A stretch of DNA of 30,597 nucleotides from Bdellovibrionota bacterium (lineage in GTDB: Bacteria; Bdellovibrionota; UBA1018; UBA923): contig JBFMCE010000048.1 of assembly GCA_040754655.1 (NCBI GenBank), positions 1 to 30,597 of the forward strand, given 5' to 3'. Below, in pieces: positions 1-9,388 of the stretch. A model generated the notes under the pieces. It made no database searches. It was not told the DNA's origin and was given only the letters and a program-made list of their open reading frames with translations. The translations under genes and the position numbers were made by a program. Position 1 is the stretch's first letter, and every line of letters begins with the position of its first letter.

Positions 1-50
1 GGTTTGGTTTTGCAACGCGCTCTGAAACTAACTTTAGGGGGTTCGATAAG

Positions 51-824
51 ATGAGACCGTTTGAATTCATAAGAAGACGACCGTTGTACATTGTTTCGAT
101 CGTAGGTGCCATACTGGCCGTAGGCGCTACCATGCAAGCCTGCAATCTCTTCGGAGGCATAGACGAAGCGTCTTCCCGCGAAGAGAAAATCACCAAGGCC
201 CAGGCGCAAATGGATCAAGACAAGTGCGCTGATGCCGTGAAAGAGCTCGAGAGCATCACCGATAAAAATGACGATGTCTATCAAATGCTCGGATGGGCCC
301 AGCTTTGCACGGCCGGAGCAACGATTGAACGCGTCGGGAAATCGCTATTCAGCTATAGCTCAGATGCGAACAACCTCTCGGTGGTAGGAAGGCTCGCCAA
401 TCAAATGGTGCCAACCGATAACGCGAAAGTCGCCACAATCGACGCCGCTTTGAGCGCCTTCAACAACCAAACCGCAGGCAAAGACAAATCTTTCAACCAA
501 GCCTTCGGCAACATCATCAAGGCAGCCGCAGTGATCGCCCAATCTTCTACCGACAACGTAAAAGTCGTTCGCGCTGACATCGCTATCGGGGGCTGCGCCG
601 GATCCACTTGCGATGCCGTTAGCGCGTCTTGCGACCAGCGTCAGATGACCGATGCGCAGGCAGACAGCGTGTTCAATGCGATCGCAGATGCTGAAGGCGC
701 GGCTTCAAGAGCCGATATCGGCGTCGGCAATAGACTTGCCACCAACCTGCGCAACCTCTTTCCAACGGGTGCCGGCTCGAACGCAAAACGCTGTGTCGTA
801 GTGAACAACTTGCTCTCTGAGTAA
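51..824 (+). CDS. Putative lipoprotein with TPR-like helical region and Cys cluster
   Basis: Basic N-terminus, hydrophobic stretch and lipobox-like MQA-C(NLF). Helical segment ITKAQAQMDQDKCADAVKELE. Cys cluster GGCAGSTCDAVSASC. AGGGGG upstream of the ATG. 14 nt from the next gene. Confidence 0.6.
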   Translation: MRPFEFIRRRPLYIVSIVGAILAVGATMQACNLFGGIDEASSREEKITKAQAQMDQDKCADAVKELESITDKNDDVYQMLGWAQLCTAGATIERVGKSLFSYSSDANNLSVVGRLANQMVPTDNAKVATIDAALSAFNNQTAGKDKSFNQAFGNIIKAAAVIAQSSTDNVKVVRADIAIGGCAGSTCDAVSASCDQRQMTDAQADSVFNAIADAEGAASRADIGVGNRLATNLRNLFPTGAGSNAKRCVVVNNLLSE

Positions 825-838
825 AAAGGGATTTTATA

Positions 839-1981
839 ATGAAGAAGAAAATTATTTTTGCTTTTGGACTTACCATGTTCCTGGCGCAACCTAGCTGGGC
901 TCTTGAAGAAATCATGAAAAACTACCGGGGCATTCGGAGCTTAGGCATGGGCGGCGTAGTTACGACCACAGGCCTGTACGATGAATCGCTCTTTGGAAAC
1001 CCAGCCACCTCGCTTCAAAACCCGACCTGGAAGCTCTCACTCCTCAACGTCACCGCGGAAGCGAACACCAACTTCCTGGAAGACTTCAATAAAGTCAGCA
1101 AAGCATCTTCGGAGTCAGGAACGGGCGTCATCAGCAAGATCTCAGATGAAGGGATCGCTGGCCGAAACGAGCACTCTCGCCTCACGATGCTCATGCCGGC
1201 ATTTTATTCGCCTCATTTCTTCAGCGAAAATACGAGCTTCAGCATCGGTTTGTTGTTCAATCTGCAAACCAACATCATGCTGCACCAAAACGTGGTGGTC
1301 GACACCCAAACGATCGCCGACGTGGGTCCGAATGTCGGCATCGCCCACCGCTACACGCTTTTTGACAGCCCACTTGACGTTGGGATCAACTTGCACGGGA
1401 TCTATCGCCTTGCTGGCGATAAAAGCTTGAGGGCAACCTCATTTCTGGCCGGTCAAAAGATCAGCCTTTCTGAGGTCGCTGGTCAAGGGCTTGGCATCGA
1501 TGGCGACGTCGGCGTCTTCTACAAACTGCCCTTCGAACCCCCATTCTTCAAAGCCATCTCCGTTGGCGCATCCATCAACAATGTCGCGGGCAGCGAGTAC
1601 CGAGTGGCGTTCAAAGACATCGTGAAGAAAGCCACCGGGGCTCCGCCGGTCAACGACCGCTCTTTCAATATGGGGGTGCGCGCAGACCTGCCCGATGCGC
1701 TTATTTTCACAGACAACTTGTTTGCAATTGAAATGCAAAACATCGGTGAACTGCAGTATCAGGCCTCGTTTTTCAAGCGCATCCACTTTGGCGGAGAAAC
1801 CCATCTGACTCGTTTCTTGGCGTTCAGGGCCGGGCTCAACCAAGGTTACGTGGGCGCCGGCGTCGGGATCAATCTCCCGCTGTTCAAGTTTGACGTCGCA
1901 ACCTACGGCGAAGAACTGGGATCGAACGCAGGCCAACTTGAAGACCGCCGCGTCTTGGTTCGCGTAGCTCTTGAGATATAA
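839..1981 (+). CDS. Outer-membrane beta-barrel, TraF-like/FadL/PorV superfamily
   Basis: Signal peptide ending SWA. N-terminal RSLGMGGV...LFGNPA motif typical of this superfamily. Amphipathic beta strands. C-terminal FRAGLNQGY...ATYGEELG...DRRVLVRVALEI. Confidence 0.7.
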   Translation: MKKKIIFAFGLTMFLAQPSWALEEIMKNYRGIRSLGMGGVVTTTGLYDESLFGNPATSLQNPTWKLSLLNVTAEANTNFLEDFNKVSKASSESGTGVISKISDEGIAGRNEHSRLTMLMPAFYSPHFFSENTSFSIGLLFNLQTNIMLHQNVVVDTQTIADVGPNVGIAHRYTLFDSPLDVGINLHGIYRLAGDKSLRATSFLAGQKISLSEVAGQGLGIDGDVGVFYKLPFEPPFFKAISVGASINNVAGSEYRVAFKDIVKKATGAPPVNDRSFNMGVRADLPDALIFTDNLFAIEMQNIGELQYQASFFKRIHFGGETHLTRFLAFRAGLNQGYVGAGVGINLPLFKFDVATYGEELGSNAGQLEDRRVLVRVALEI

Positions 1982-1991
1982 TCGCCCTGCA

Positions 1992-2318
1992 ATGCACCAA
2001 GAGAACGAAGAACACGAATCTGATGGCGCCGTTGCGGTCGATGAAGCGAAACCCAAGCTCAAACGGCCGCAACGGTACGCCGTCTTGCTGCACAATGACG
2101 ACTATACGACCATGGAATTCGTCCTCGAAGTCTTAGAGCAGTTCTTCAATAAAAGCGGCCCTGAAGCCATGCAGATCATGCTCAAAGTGCACAACGAGGG
2201 TAAAGGAATTGCCGGCATCTATCCCCACGAGATTGCCGAAACAAAGGCAGATCAGGTCATACAACTTGCGCGCTCAAGGGGATTTCCGCTAATGTGCACC
2301 ATAGAGCAGGCCAATTGA
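1992..2318 (+). CDS. clpS: ATP-dependent Clp protease adaptor ClpS
   Basis: YAVLLHNDDYTTMEFV, MLKVHNEGKGIAG, IAETK and FPLMC motifs. Start moved to the ATG at 1992 because the track start overlaps the upstream gene. Confidence 0.96.
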   Translation: MHQENEEHESDGAVAVDEAKPKLKRPQRYAVLLHNDDYTTMEFVLEVLEQFFNKSGPEAMQIMLKVHNEGKGIAGIYPHEIAETKADQVIQLARSRGFPLMCTIEQAN

Positions 2319-2373
2319 GGCGTTAAACCTTCTCACCCCTCCTCAAAAGGCTGTCTGCTTGAGGTGGCGCACT

Positions 2374-4737
2374 ATGATCGGACGCAAAACAGAAAAGGTC
2401 TTGAATCGAGCGATTGGTTACGCTTTTGAACGTGACCATGAGTATTTCACGCTAGAACACGTGCTCTTAAGCCTTCTTGAAGAAAATAGGATCCAAGAGA
2501 TCCTCGAAGCTTGCGGCGCAAGCAGCGACGCACTCTCGCAAGAACTGCAAGCTTACCTCGAAAAAGAAGTGCCCAAACGCTCTTCACCCTCTGAAGGGTC
2601 AGAGAACCAAACCGGCAGCGATCATGATGTCATTGAAAACCCAATGCCGACCTTAGGCGTGCAAAGACTCATTCAAAGAGCCATTTTCCATGTTCAATCA
2701 GCGGGAAAAGACGAGATCGAGCCGCAAGATCTGCTCGTCGCGCTTTTTCAATCCAAAGATTCGCACGCGCTCTATCTACTCATCAAACAAGGTGTAGAGC
2801 GTCTTGACGTGCTGAACTTCATCAGCCACGCCGTCAGGAAAGACGACGAGAACCTACCCGCCACGCCAGAAGAAACAGATTCAAAGACGGCCAACTCAGG
2901 GAACGGGTCGTCCAAGGCAAGTGATGCATTGGCTGCGTATGCAATCAACCTCAATGAGCTCGCACGCTCAGGAAAGATCGACCCGCTCATCGGCCGTCAA
3001 ACGGAACTCAGCCGCATCGTTCAGACTCTTTGCCGAAGACGGAAGAACAACCCTCTCCTCGTAGGAGAGGCTGGCGTCGGAAAAACCGCGCTGGCTGAAG
3101 GCTTGGCGCTTCGAATCGTTGCTGGCGAGGTACCCGACTTGCTTCAAAAGGCTGAAGTCTATTCTTTGGACCTCGGCTCGCTCGTCGCTGGCACGCGTTT
3201 TCGCGGGGATTTTGAAAAAAGACTCAAGGGTGTTCTCAAGGGGCTTGAAGACAAGAAAAAACGCGGGATTTCACCGATCTTGTACATCGACGAGATCCAC
3301 ACCATCATCGGAGCGGGCTCAGTAGGCCAAGGATCGCTTGATGCCGCGCATCTTTTGAAACCGCTTCTCTCTCGCGGCGAAATTCAGTGCATGGGATCGA
3401 CGACCTACGCGGAGTACCGCACGGTCTTCGAAAAAGACCACGCCTTGAGCAGAAGGTTTCAAAAACTTGATGTCTCTGAACCCTCATCTGAGGAAGCCGT
3501 GCAAATCTTGGTGGGCTTGAAGCAAAGATTTGAGGAACACCACCATGTGACCTTTACCACAGAGGCCATCAGAGCGGCGGTAGAGCTTTCAGTAAAACAC
3601 CTCACCTCGAAGTTCCTGCCCGACAAGGCCATCGACATCCTTGATGAGTCTGGCGCGAAGGCCAGGCTAGCCGGGCTTAAACTCGTGGACAAGACGGATA
3701 TCGAGGAAGTGGTCGCTCAGATCGCCAGAATTCCGGCCAGGTCTATCAGCGTCACGCAAAAAGAGCGACTCAAGAGCTTGGAACGCGATTTGAAACTCGT
3801 GATCTATGGGCAATCCCACGCCGTCGAAGCGATTGTCACCGCGATACGCTTGGCGAGATCAGGCTTGAGATCCGGAGATCGCCCCGTAGGATCATTTCTG
3901 TTTTGCGGTCCCACGGGGGTGGGGAAAACAGAACTCTCCAAACAACTTGCTCACAACCTCGGAGTTCCGTTCCTGCGCTTTGATATGAGCGAATACATGG
4001 AAAAGCACACCGTCTCCAGGCTGATCGGAGCTCCTCCCGGGTACGTTGGTTTTGAACAAGCTGGGATGCTCACCGATGCCGTGCTCAAGCATCCGCACGC
4101 GGTCGTGCTCTTAGATGAAATCGAGAAGGCGCATTCGGACGTCTGGAATATCTTGCTGCAGATCATGGACCATGGAACGCTCACCGACAGCAACGGGCGA
4201 AAAGCGGACTTCAGGAACATCATTTTGATCCTCACCTCGAACGTGGGTTCGCGCGAGCACGAGAGAAAACCCTTGGGCTTAAGCGGCCAGGTGAATCCAG
4301 GCGCGGCTTCTCAGAAGGAAGTCGAGCGCACCTTTAGCCCTGAATTCCGCAACCGCCTTGATGGCACTATCTTCTTTAATCCTCTTGATCCGGTGGCGAT
4401 CGCCCAGGTCGTGGGCAAGCAACTCATGGAGCTTGAATCGCAGCTCTTGGCCAAAGGTGTCGAACTTGAAGTCACGAGCGATGTGCGAGAGTGGCTCGCA
4501 CGCAAAGGATATGATCCTTTGATGGGAGCGCGCCCGCTCACGCGGATCATTCAAGACAAATTGAAAAAACCCCTGGCCGAAGAGATCCTGTTTGGGAAGC
4601 TTGAAAACGGCGGAACCGCCCGCGTCTCGGTGCGAAATGAAGAATTCATCTTTGAGTTCGTGCCGCCTCGGCAAAGGGTTTTAGCCCTTTCTTCTGCGCC
4701 CGCTCAAGCTGATCCAGAAACTCCTCTCTCGGAATGA
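2374..4737 (+). CDS. clpA: ATP-dependent Clp protease ATP-binding subunit ClpA
   Basis: Clp N-domain ([11 protein letters not shown]). Two AAA+ modules ([13 protein letters not shown] and [15 protein letters not shown]). No ClpB middle domain. Follows clpS. GAGGTGG SD before the ATG at 2374. Confidence 0.96.
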   Translation: MIGRKTEKVLNRAIGYAFERDHEYFTLEHVLLSLLEENRIQEILEACGASSDALSQELQAYLEKEVPKRSSPSEGSENQTGSDHDVIENPMPTLGVQRLIQRAIFHVQSAGKDEIEPQDLLVALFQSKDSHALYLLIKQGVERLDVLNFISHAVRKDDENLPATPEETDSKTANSGNGSSKASDALAAYAINLNELARSGKIDPLIGRQTELSRIVQTLCRRRKNNPLLVGEAGVGKTALAEGLALRIVAGEVPDLLQKAEVYSLDLGSLVAGTRFRGDFEKRLKGVLKGLEDKKKRGISPILYIDEIHTIIGAGSVGQGSLDAAHLLKPLLSRGEIQCMGSTTYAEYRTVFEKDHALSRRFQKLDVSEPSSEEAVQILVGLKQRFEEHHHVTFTTEAIRAAVELSVKHLTSKFLPDKAIDILDESGAKARLAGLKLVDKTDIEEVVAQIARIPARSISVTQKERLKSLERDLKLVIYGQSHAVEAIVTAIRLARSGLRSGDRPVGSFLFCGPTGVGKTELSKQLAHNLGVPFLRFDMSEYMEKHTVSRLIGAPPGYVGFEQAGMLTDAVLKHPHAVVLLDEIEKAHSDVWNILLQIMDHGTLTDSNGRKADFRNIILILTSNVGSREHERKPLGLSGQVNPGAASQKEVERTFSPEFRNRLDGTIFFNPLDPVAIAQVVGKQLMELESQLLAKGVELEVTSDVREWLARKGYDPLMGARPLTRIIQDKLKKPLAEEILFGKLENGGTARVSVRNEEFIFEFVPPRQRVLALSSAPAQADPETPLSE

Positions 4738-5329
4738 GTTTCGCTCCGAGTTTTTCCATGTGAGGGGTGAGCATTTGAATGTCGATCCATTCAACGCCAG
4801 CCTTTTTCAAGTGGTCGATCAGGTAGAGAAGCGCAAACTTTGAACCGTTGGACTCGAGATGAAACATGCTCTCGCCAGCGAAGCATCCCTTCACCTCGAC
4901 CCCATACAAGCCGCCCACGAGCTTGTTCCCATGCCATGCCTCTACGCTGTGCGCATAACCCAAGCGGTGAAACCGTCTGTAGGCTTCTATCATTTCTTCA
5001 GTGATCCATGTGCCTTTGGGTTCTCGCGGCACCTCGGAACAATGAGCGATGACTTGATCGAAAGCATCGTCGATCGAATACCGAAAGTCCGAGTATCTGT
5101 ACGCCCTTTGAAGGCGCGCATTCAATTTCAGATCCTTGAAAAAAAGCACGCCCCTTTCTTCAGGGCAAAACCAGGGCAAATACGGTATTCCATCGATTGG
5201 CCAAGGATAAATCCCCCGCTCATAGGCCTCGTGCAACGACTGGCTTGCGAGCGGCACCCCAAGCGCAATGATGTCATCGGCGATGTATTGATTGGCATCC
5301 CTGGGATCAGGAAAGATCTTGCGGTTCAT
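4646..5329 (-). CDS. aat: Leucyl/phenylalanyl-tRNA--protein transferase
   Basis: AYERGIYPW, WFCPEERGV, TWIT, GYAHSVEAW, LVGGLYGV, FAGESMF, IDIQMLTPH motifs. The ATG at 5329 overlaps the mazG stop (ATGA). Confidence 0.95.
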   Translation of the reverse strand: MNRKIFPDPRDANQYIADDIIALGVPLASQSLHEAYERGIYPWPIDGIPYLPWFCPEERGVLFFKDLKLNARLQRAYRYSDFRYSIDDAFDQVIAHCSEVPREPKGTWITEEMIEAYRRFHRLGYAHSVEAWHGNKLVGGLYGVEVKGCFAGESMFHLESNGSKFALLYLIDHLKKAGVEWIDIQMLTPHMEKLGAKLIPREEFLDQLERAQKKGLKPFAEAARTQR

Positions 5330-6258
5330 CTTTCTCTTTTTACCCGCTCCCAAATCTCATCAAGTTTCTCGAGAGAAGAACTCTGCATATCCACGTTTTC
5401 TTGGCTGCAGATCTCTTCGACCCTTCTGAAACGTTTCTCAAACTTCTCAATCGCCTTGCGGTGCGCGTCTTCGGGTTGGATCTTAAGATGCCTTGCGAGA
5501 TTGCAAAGAGCGAAAAAAAGATCGCCCAGTTCTTGTTCAATCTCAGCCTGGCGTTCCGAGCTGGTCATGGCAATGGCCTGTTTGAGCTCGCGCAACTCTT
5601 CTTCAACTTTCGCCCAAGCGCCCTGCCAGTCTTTCCAATCAAAGCCCACCCTTCCCGCCTTCTCCCCGATCCTAGCGGCTCGTTGAAGCGAAGGCAGGTT
5701 CTTGGGAAGCCCTTCTAAGAGGCTCTTCTTGCCCTCTTTTTTCTTTAAAGACTCCCAATTCTGCAAAACTTGCTCAGAACTTGATGCGGTCTCAGTACCA
5801 AACACATGGGGATGCCGGCTCACCAGTTTTCTTGCCATTCCTTCCCCGACGTCACCCACATTGAACTCGCCCCGCTCGGAAGCCAGTTGGGAATGCAAAA
5901 GCACCTGCAAGAGCAGATCCCCCAATTCTTCGCACAATACCTTCCGGTCTTGAGACGAAAAACTGCCATCCGCGGGGACCGGCTGCCCTATCGGAGTTTG
6001 CTTCGCAAGCGCCTTGGGATCGCGCGTCGACTGGTAGCGGTCTAAAAGATCAAGCACCTCGTAAGCTTCTTCGATGAGATAAGGCCGCAAGGTCAGGTGA
6101 TTCTGTTCGCGGTCCCAAGGGCAGCCATTTGGCCCGCGAAGCCTTGCAACCAACCCCACCGCAAGCTTGAATTGATCCGCCATCGCATCAATCTGGGCGA
6201 TCGTTTTCGGGTCAAGGCCGGTGAAAATAGTCTGCTTCAAATCTGGGTTCGGATTCAT
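5326..6258 (-). CDS. mazG: Nucleoside triphosphate pyrophosphohydrolase MazG (two-domain)
   Basis: LRGPNGCPWDREQ, EEAYE, EELGDLLLQV, RHPHVF, GFDW, ELGDLFF and KFEKRF motifs. Start uncertain (6258 or 6276); the track start at 6402 overlaps coaE. Confidence 0.93.
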   Translation of the reverse strand: MNPNPDLKQTIFTGLDPKTIAQIDAMADQFKLAVGLVARLRGPNGCPWDREQNHLTLRPYLIEEAYEVLDLLDRYQSTRDPKALAKQTPIGQPVPADGSFSSQDRKVLCEELGDLLLQVLLHSQLASERGEFNVGDVGEGMARKLVSRHPHVFGTETASSSEQVLQNWESLKKKEGKKSLLEGLPKNLPSLQRAARIGEKAGRVGFDWKDWQGAWAKVEEELRELKQAIAMTSSERQAEIEQELGDLFFALCNLARHLKIQPEDAHRKAIEKFEKRFRRVEEICSQENVDMQSSSLEKLDEIWERVKRER

Positions 6259-6340
6259 GAGCAAAACTCGTAGCATGGCGTGAGATGAGTTTCCAGAAGC
6301 TCTGTCCAAACAAATGGATTTGCTGTAGTGTTTGCCCTGA

Positions 6341-6970
6341 ATGCAGACCAAATCAAACCAAGCCAAAGTGATAGGCCTGACCGGCAATATCGGTTGCGGC
6401 AAATCGGCGGTGGCGAAGATTTTGGCGACACTGGGAGCAGCGGTCGTCGATGCCGATCAGGTTTCCAGGGAAGTCACGAAAACAGGAACTCCATTGCTTC
6501 GAACGCTTCTGGCTGAGTTCGGTCCTGGCATCATTGACGCCGAAACAGGCGAGCTCAACCGCCAAGCTTTGCGGGGCATCGTATTTGCCGACCCAAAGAA
6601 GAGACGACGGCTGGAATCACTCTTGCACCCCGCCATCGCAAAGAGATCTAGGGAACGTTTTGAAGAACTCTTTAAAAGCGGCGCAGAGGTGGTGATTTAT
6701 GAAGCGACCTTGATTGTCGAGGCCAAACGGACCGCTGAATTCGACGGGCTCCTCGTCATTACTGCTGATTCTTCCACTCAAATGAGGCGCCTTATGGAAA
6801 GAGACCCCGGCTTGACTACACAAACCGCGCACCAAATCCTCTCGGCTCAGCTGCCCCAATCTGAAAAGATTAAAGCCGCCACCTGGGTCATCGAGAATAA
6901 TGGCAGTCTTGAGGAGTTGAGTTCGAAAGTCGAACAGTGGTGGGCAAACGTGCGATCAAGAAGCGGTTGA
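6341..6970 (+). CDS. coaE: Dephospho-CoA kinase
   Basis: IGLTGNIGCGKS P-loop, VDAD, LNRQALRGIVF, LLHPAI, SAQLP, VIENNG. Confidence 0.95.
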   Translation: MQTKSNQAKVIGLTGNIGCGKSAVAKILATLGAAVVDADQVSREVTKTGTPLLRTLLAEFGPGIIDAETGELNRQALRGIVFADPKKRRRLESLLHPAIAKRSRERFEELFKSGAEVVIYEATLIVEAKRTAEFDGLLVITADSSTQMRRLMERDPGLTTQTAHQILSAQLPQSEKIKAATWVIENNGSLEELSSKVEQWWANVRSRSG

Positions 6971-9388
6971 AGTATCGGAAGACCGCAAGTCTGCATGCGA
7001 TGGAAGCTCAAGGCCCGCGATCTTAAGCTGGGTGATGCCTTTAAAACCTGACTCAAGCTTGCCTTGCAGTTCAAGGCTGGCCTGACCGATTTGGACAAGC
7101 CGCTGAACCTTCTGTTCAATTGAACTCATTTGATTCTTGATTCGAGCCGAAGCCTCTCCCAAGACCGACAGTTCTTTTCCGAACTCAACGTATTCCTTGG
7201 TGCTCGCATCAATGAAGCGGCCGGCTTGATAAGCAGAGTTCATGGCGGCCTCGTCTTCGATCGCCACTTGAGCGCAAACGCCCAAGCTCTCTTTGAGCTC
7301 TGAACTCAAGCTGCGCACTCCTTGGTCAACTTCAGCGACGGTCTGCTCGATCATGCGATAACTTCGCTCAAACTGAAGCATGATCTTCGCCACGTTCTCG
7401 GTGACCGCGATGACGTCGGCCTGGGTGAGCTCACGCTTGGCGCCGAGAATGCTATTGTTGGCGTTAAAGACCGAAGACTTTGAAAGAAGCGCGCGGATCG
7501 AGCCCTCGGTAGAACGCACGTGTTCCAAGAGTTTTTCGGTTTGCTCGACGCGCTCGACGCAATTCGAAACTTGTTGCTTGATCTTAGCGATATCGGTGAG
7601 CACGGTACCGCCCTGGCGCCTGATCTCCTCGTAAGTCTGCCTCAAGGTCTTGTTTCGAGTCTCGAGCTTCCCCATGCGAGCGCGCAGTTCGGTTGAATAT
7701 TCAACGAGCCCCGAGACCTCTGATTGCAGTGCTTGCACCTCAGCGCCTACTTGTTCGGTGCGCGTGAAAACCGTCTTTTTCAACTGGCCCTCGCGACCCA
7801 TGCGTTCAGCCATGGTTTGGATTTGACCCGCGACTGTGGCAGCACTCTCTTGAAGCTCGAGCGCAAACCCCTTCAGCAGGCGGATGCACTCTACCACCGG
7901 CGCTCTAGTCCCAGGCGCCGGGTCCGTGGGCAAGAGGCCCGTTTGAATGCGCTGAATAGCAGTACGCACCGACTCAAGTTGTTTGGCCAATTCAGTCTCT
8001 GCCCTGCGGTTCTCATCGCGCAGATCCCGAATGTGGACCATCACGTATTCCACCTGGCCGTCCGCGCCATGAACGGGCGTACATAGAGCATGAACCGCGA
8101 CCCCATCATCCCCTACCCGCAGGAGCGCGAGTTGAGAGATTTCTTTATTCTCAGAAAACGCCTTGCCAATTGGATCGACCACTTTGTTCTGTACATCGGT
8201 GAATCGAACGAGGTTTCCGTAAGCTACCGGTCCGGTTTCTTCCAGAGCCCTTACCTTGCCCAGTATTGAAAGGGCTGAGTTCCAGAAAATGCCTTGTTTA
8301 TTGCGGTTGACGAGCAAAAAGGGCACGTTGAGCAGCCGTTTCACCAAGAGATCTTCTTTGCGAAGCGAATTCACCCGTCTCATCGTTTGATCAAGGGCGC
8401 GATACACTTCAACCAACTCGGCATCGGGCCTTTCAGGAACCTTGAACTCATGAGCGCTCACATTCCCGCCGACCGTGATCCAGTGGGTAAGCTGCTCAAC
8501 CACATGCGCGCTCAACTGGCTCAGGTGTTTGGAAAAACGCCCCGTCGAGAAGATGAACCATAGAGTCGAAAGCGATACGAAAAGAAGGAACATCACGATC
8601 GCTTTGAAAACGTCGGCATGGGCGTCATTGGCAAAATCCACGAAGGTTTTGCTCTGTTGATCATTGTAGCGTTTGAGCGCGGCGGAAAGTCTTCTGAGCA
8701 CCTCGAGACGGGTGGCTTTTTCGGTTTGGAACTGCTGGCAAGCTTCAATGTAACGGGACGCGCGTTGTTTGAGCACCTCGAGCTGGCCAAAGATCATGAT
8801 CTTGGTATGATGAGGCAGGGTGGAACGCGTCACAACCGCCGTGAGCTGCGAGACTTTAGAGATCACCCCGGCGGCGGCTCTCTCTCCCATCTGAAAAGAA
8901 AGATTATCGATATCACTGACGGCGATGCCTACGATGCGAGCGACCTGCATCCACTTGTTGGCCCATGAAAGACGGTAGAGGTTGAACGTAGTGGTTTTGA
9001 GATTTCGATAATGGACGAAAAGATCCTCGGCCGTCCTGCTCTTGTTTTGAGACAGCCCTTCCAAGAGTTTTTCCGCTTCATCGAGGGATTTGTCCGAGTT
9101 TTCTTTTTTCAACGCTTTCACATCGTCGAGCATCGCGACGATCTTCTCATTGAAAGCATCTTCGCCATCGTCACGAGCCACCGGAGAATTCGCGAGCTCC
9201 TCAGCCACCTTGACGCGCGCGGCGATCACCCTTCCCGTAGCCAGCGTCTTCTGGTCACCCGAAAGCACCCGCATCATATTCTTTTCGTACTCTCGAAACT
9301 TTTGAAGGATATAGGCCGACGAGAAGCCTCCGAAGACGAGCGCCACCACGACTGCTGAGACAAAGCGCCGCTGAAGGCTAGGACGCAT
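6956..9388 (-). CDS. Divergent chemoreceptor (MCP)-like membrane protein: TM-periplasmic-TM-HAMP-like-PAS-coiled coil
   Basis: Two TM segments (~aa 9-28 and ~263-281). PAS-like LNVPFLLVNRNKQGIFWN...TPVHGADGQVEYVMVHIRD. Long coiled coil containing KSSVFNANNSILGAK...VTENVAKI...MIEQTVAEV, which aligns loosely to the MCP tip [15 protein letters not shown]...VADEVRKL...EIEQMIEEI. Confidence 0.6.
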   Translation of the reverse strand: MRPSLQRRFVSAVVVALVFGGFSSAYILQKFREYEKNMMRVLSGDQKTLATGRVIAARVKVAEELANSPVARDDGEDAFNEKIVAMLDDVKALKKENSDKSLDEAEKLLEGLSQNKSRTAEDLFVHYRNLKTTTFNLYRLSWANKWMQVARIVGIAVSDIDNLSFQMGERAAAGVISKVSQLTAVVTRSTLPHHTKIMIFGQLEVLKQRASRYIEACQQFQTEKATRLEVLRRLSAALKRYNDQQSKTFVDFANDAHADVFKAIVMFLLFVSLSTLWFIFSTGRFSKHLSQLSAHVVEQLTHWITVGGNVSAHEFKVPERPDAELVEVYRALDQTMRRVNSLRKEDLLVKRLLNVPFLLVNRNKQGIFWNSALSILGKVRALEETGPVAYGNLVRFTDVQNKVVDPIGKAFSENKEISQLALLRVGDDGVAVHALCTPVHGADGQVEYVMVHIRDLRDENRRAETELAKQLESVRTAIQRIQTGLLPTDPAPGTRAPVVECIRLLKGFALELQESAATVAGQIQTMAERMGREGQLKKTVFTRTEQVGAEVQALQSEVSGLVEYSTELRARMGKLETRNKTLRQTYEEIRRQGGTVLTDIAKIKQQVSNCVERVEQTEKLLEHVRSTEGSIRALLSKSSVFNANNSILGAKRELTQADVIAVTENVAKIMLQFERSYRMIEQTVAEVDQGVRSLSSELKESLGVCAQVAIEDEAAMNSAYQAGRFIDASTKEYVEFGKELSVLGEASARIKNQMSSIEQKVQRLVQIGQASLELQGKLESGFKGITQLKIAGLELPSHADLRSSDTSTAS

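Noticed and set aside
1..15. Sigma54 promoter for the first lipoprotein (GGTTTGGTTTTGCA)
   Set aside because: The visible GG-GC spacing is 9 nt; the correct register would need bases outside the window.
4859..5686. 275-aa plus-strand ORF
   Set aside because: Antisense shadow of aat/mazG with no recognisable motifs.
6277..6402. N-terminal extension of MazG overlapping coaE
   Set aside because: Probably an over-extended ORF call across the divergent promoter region.
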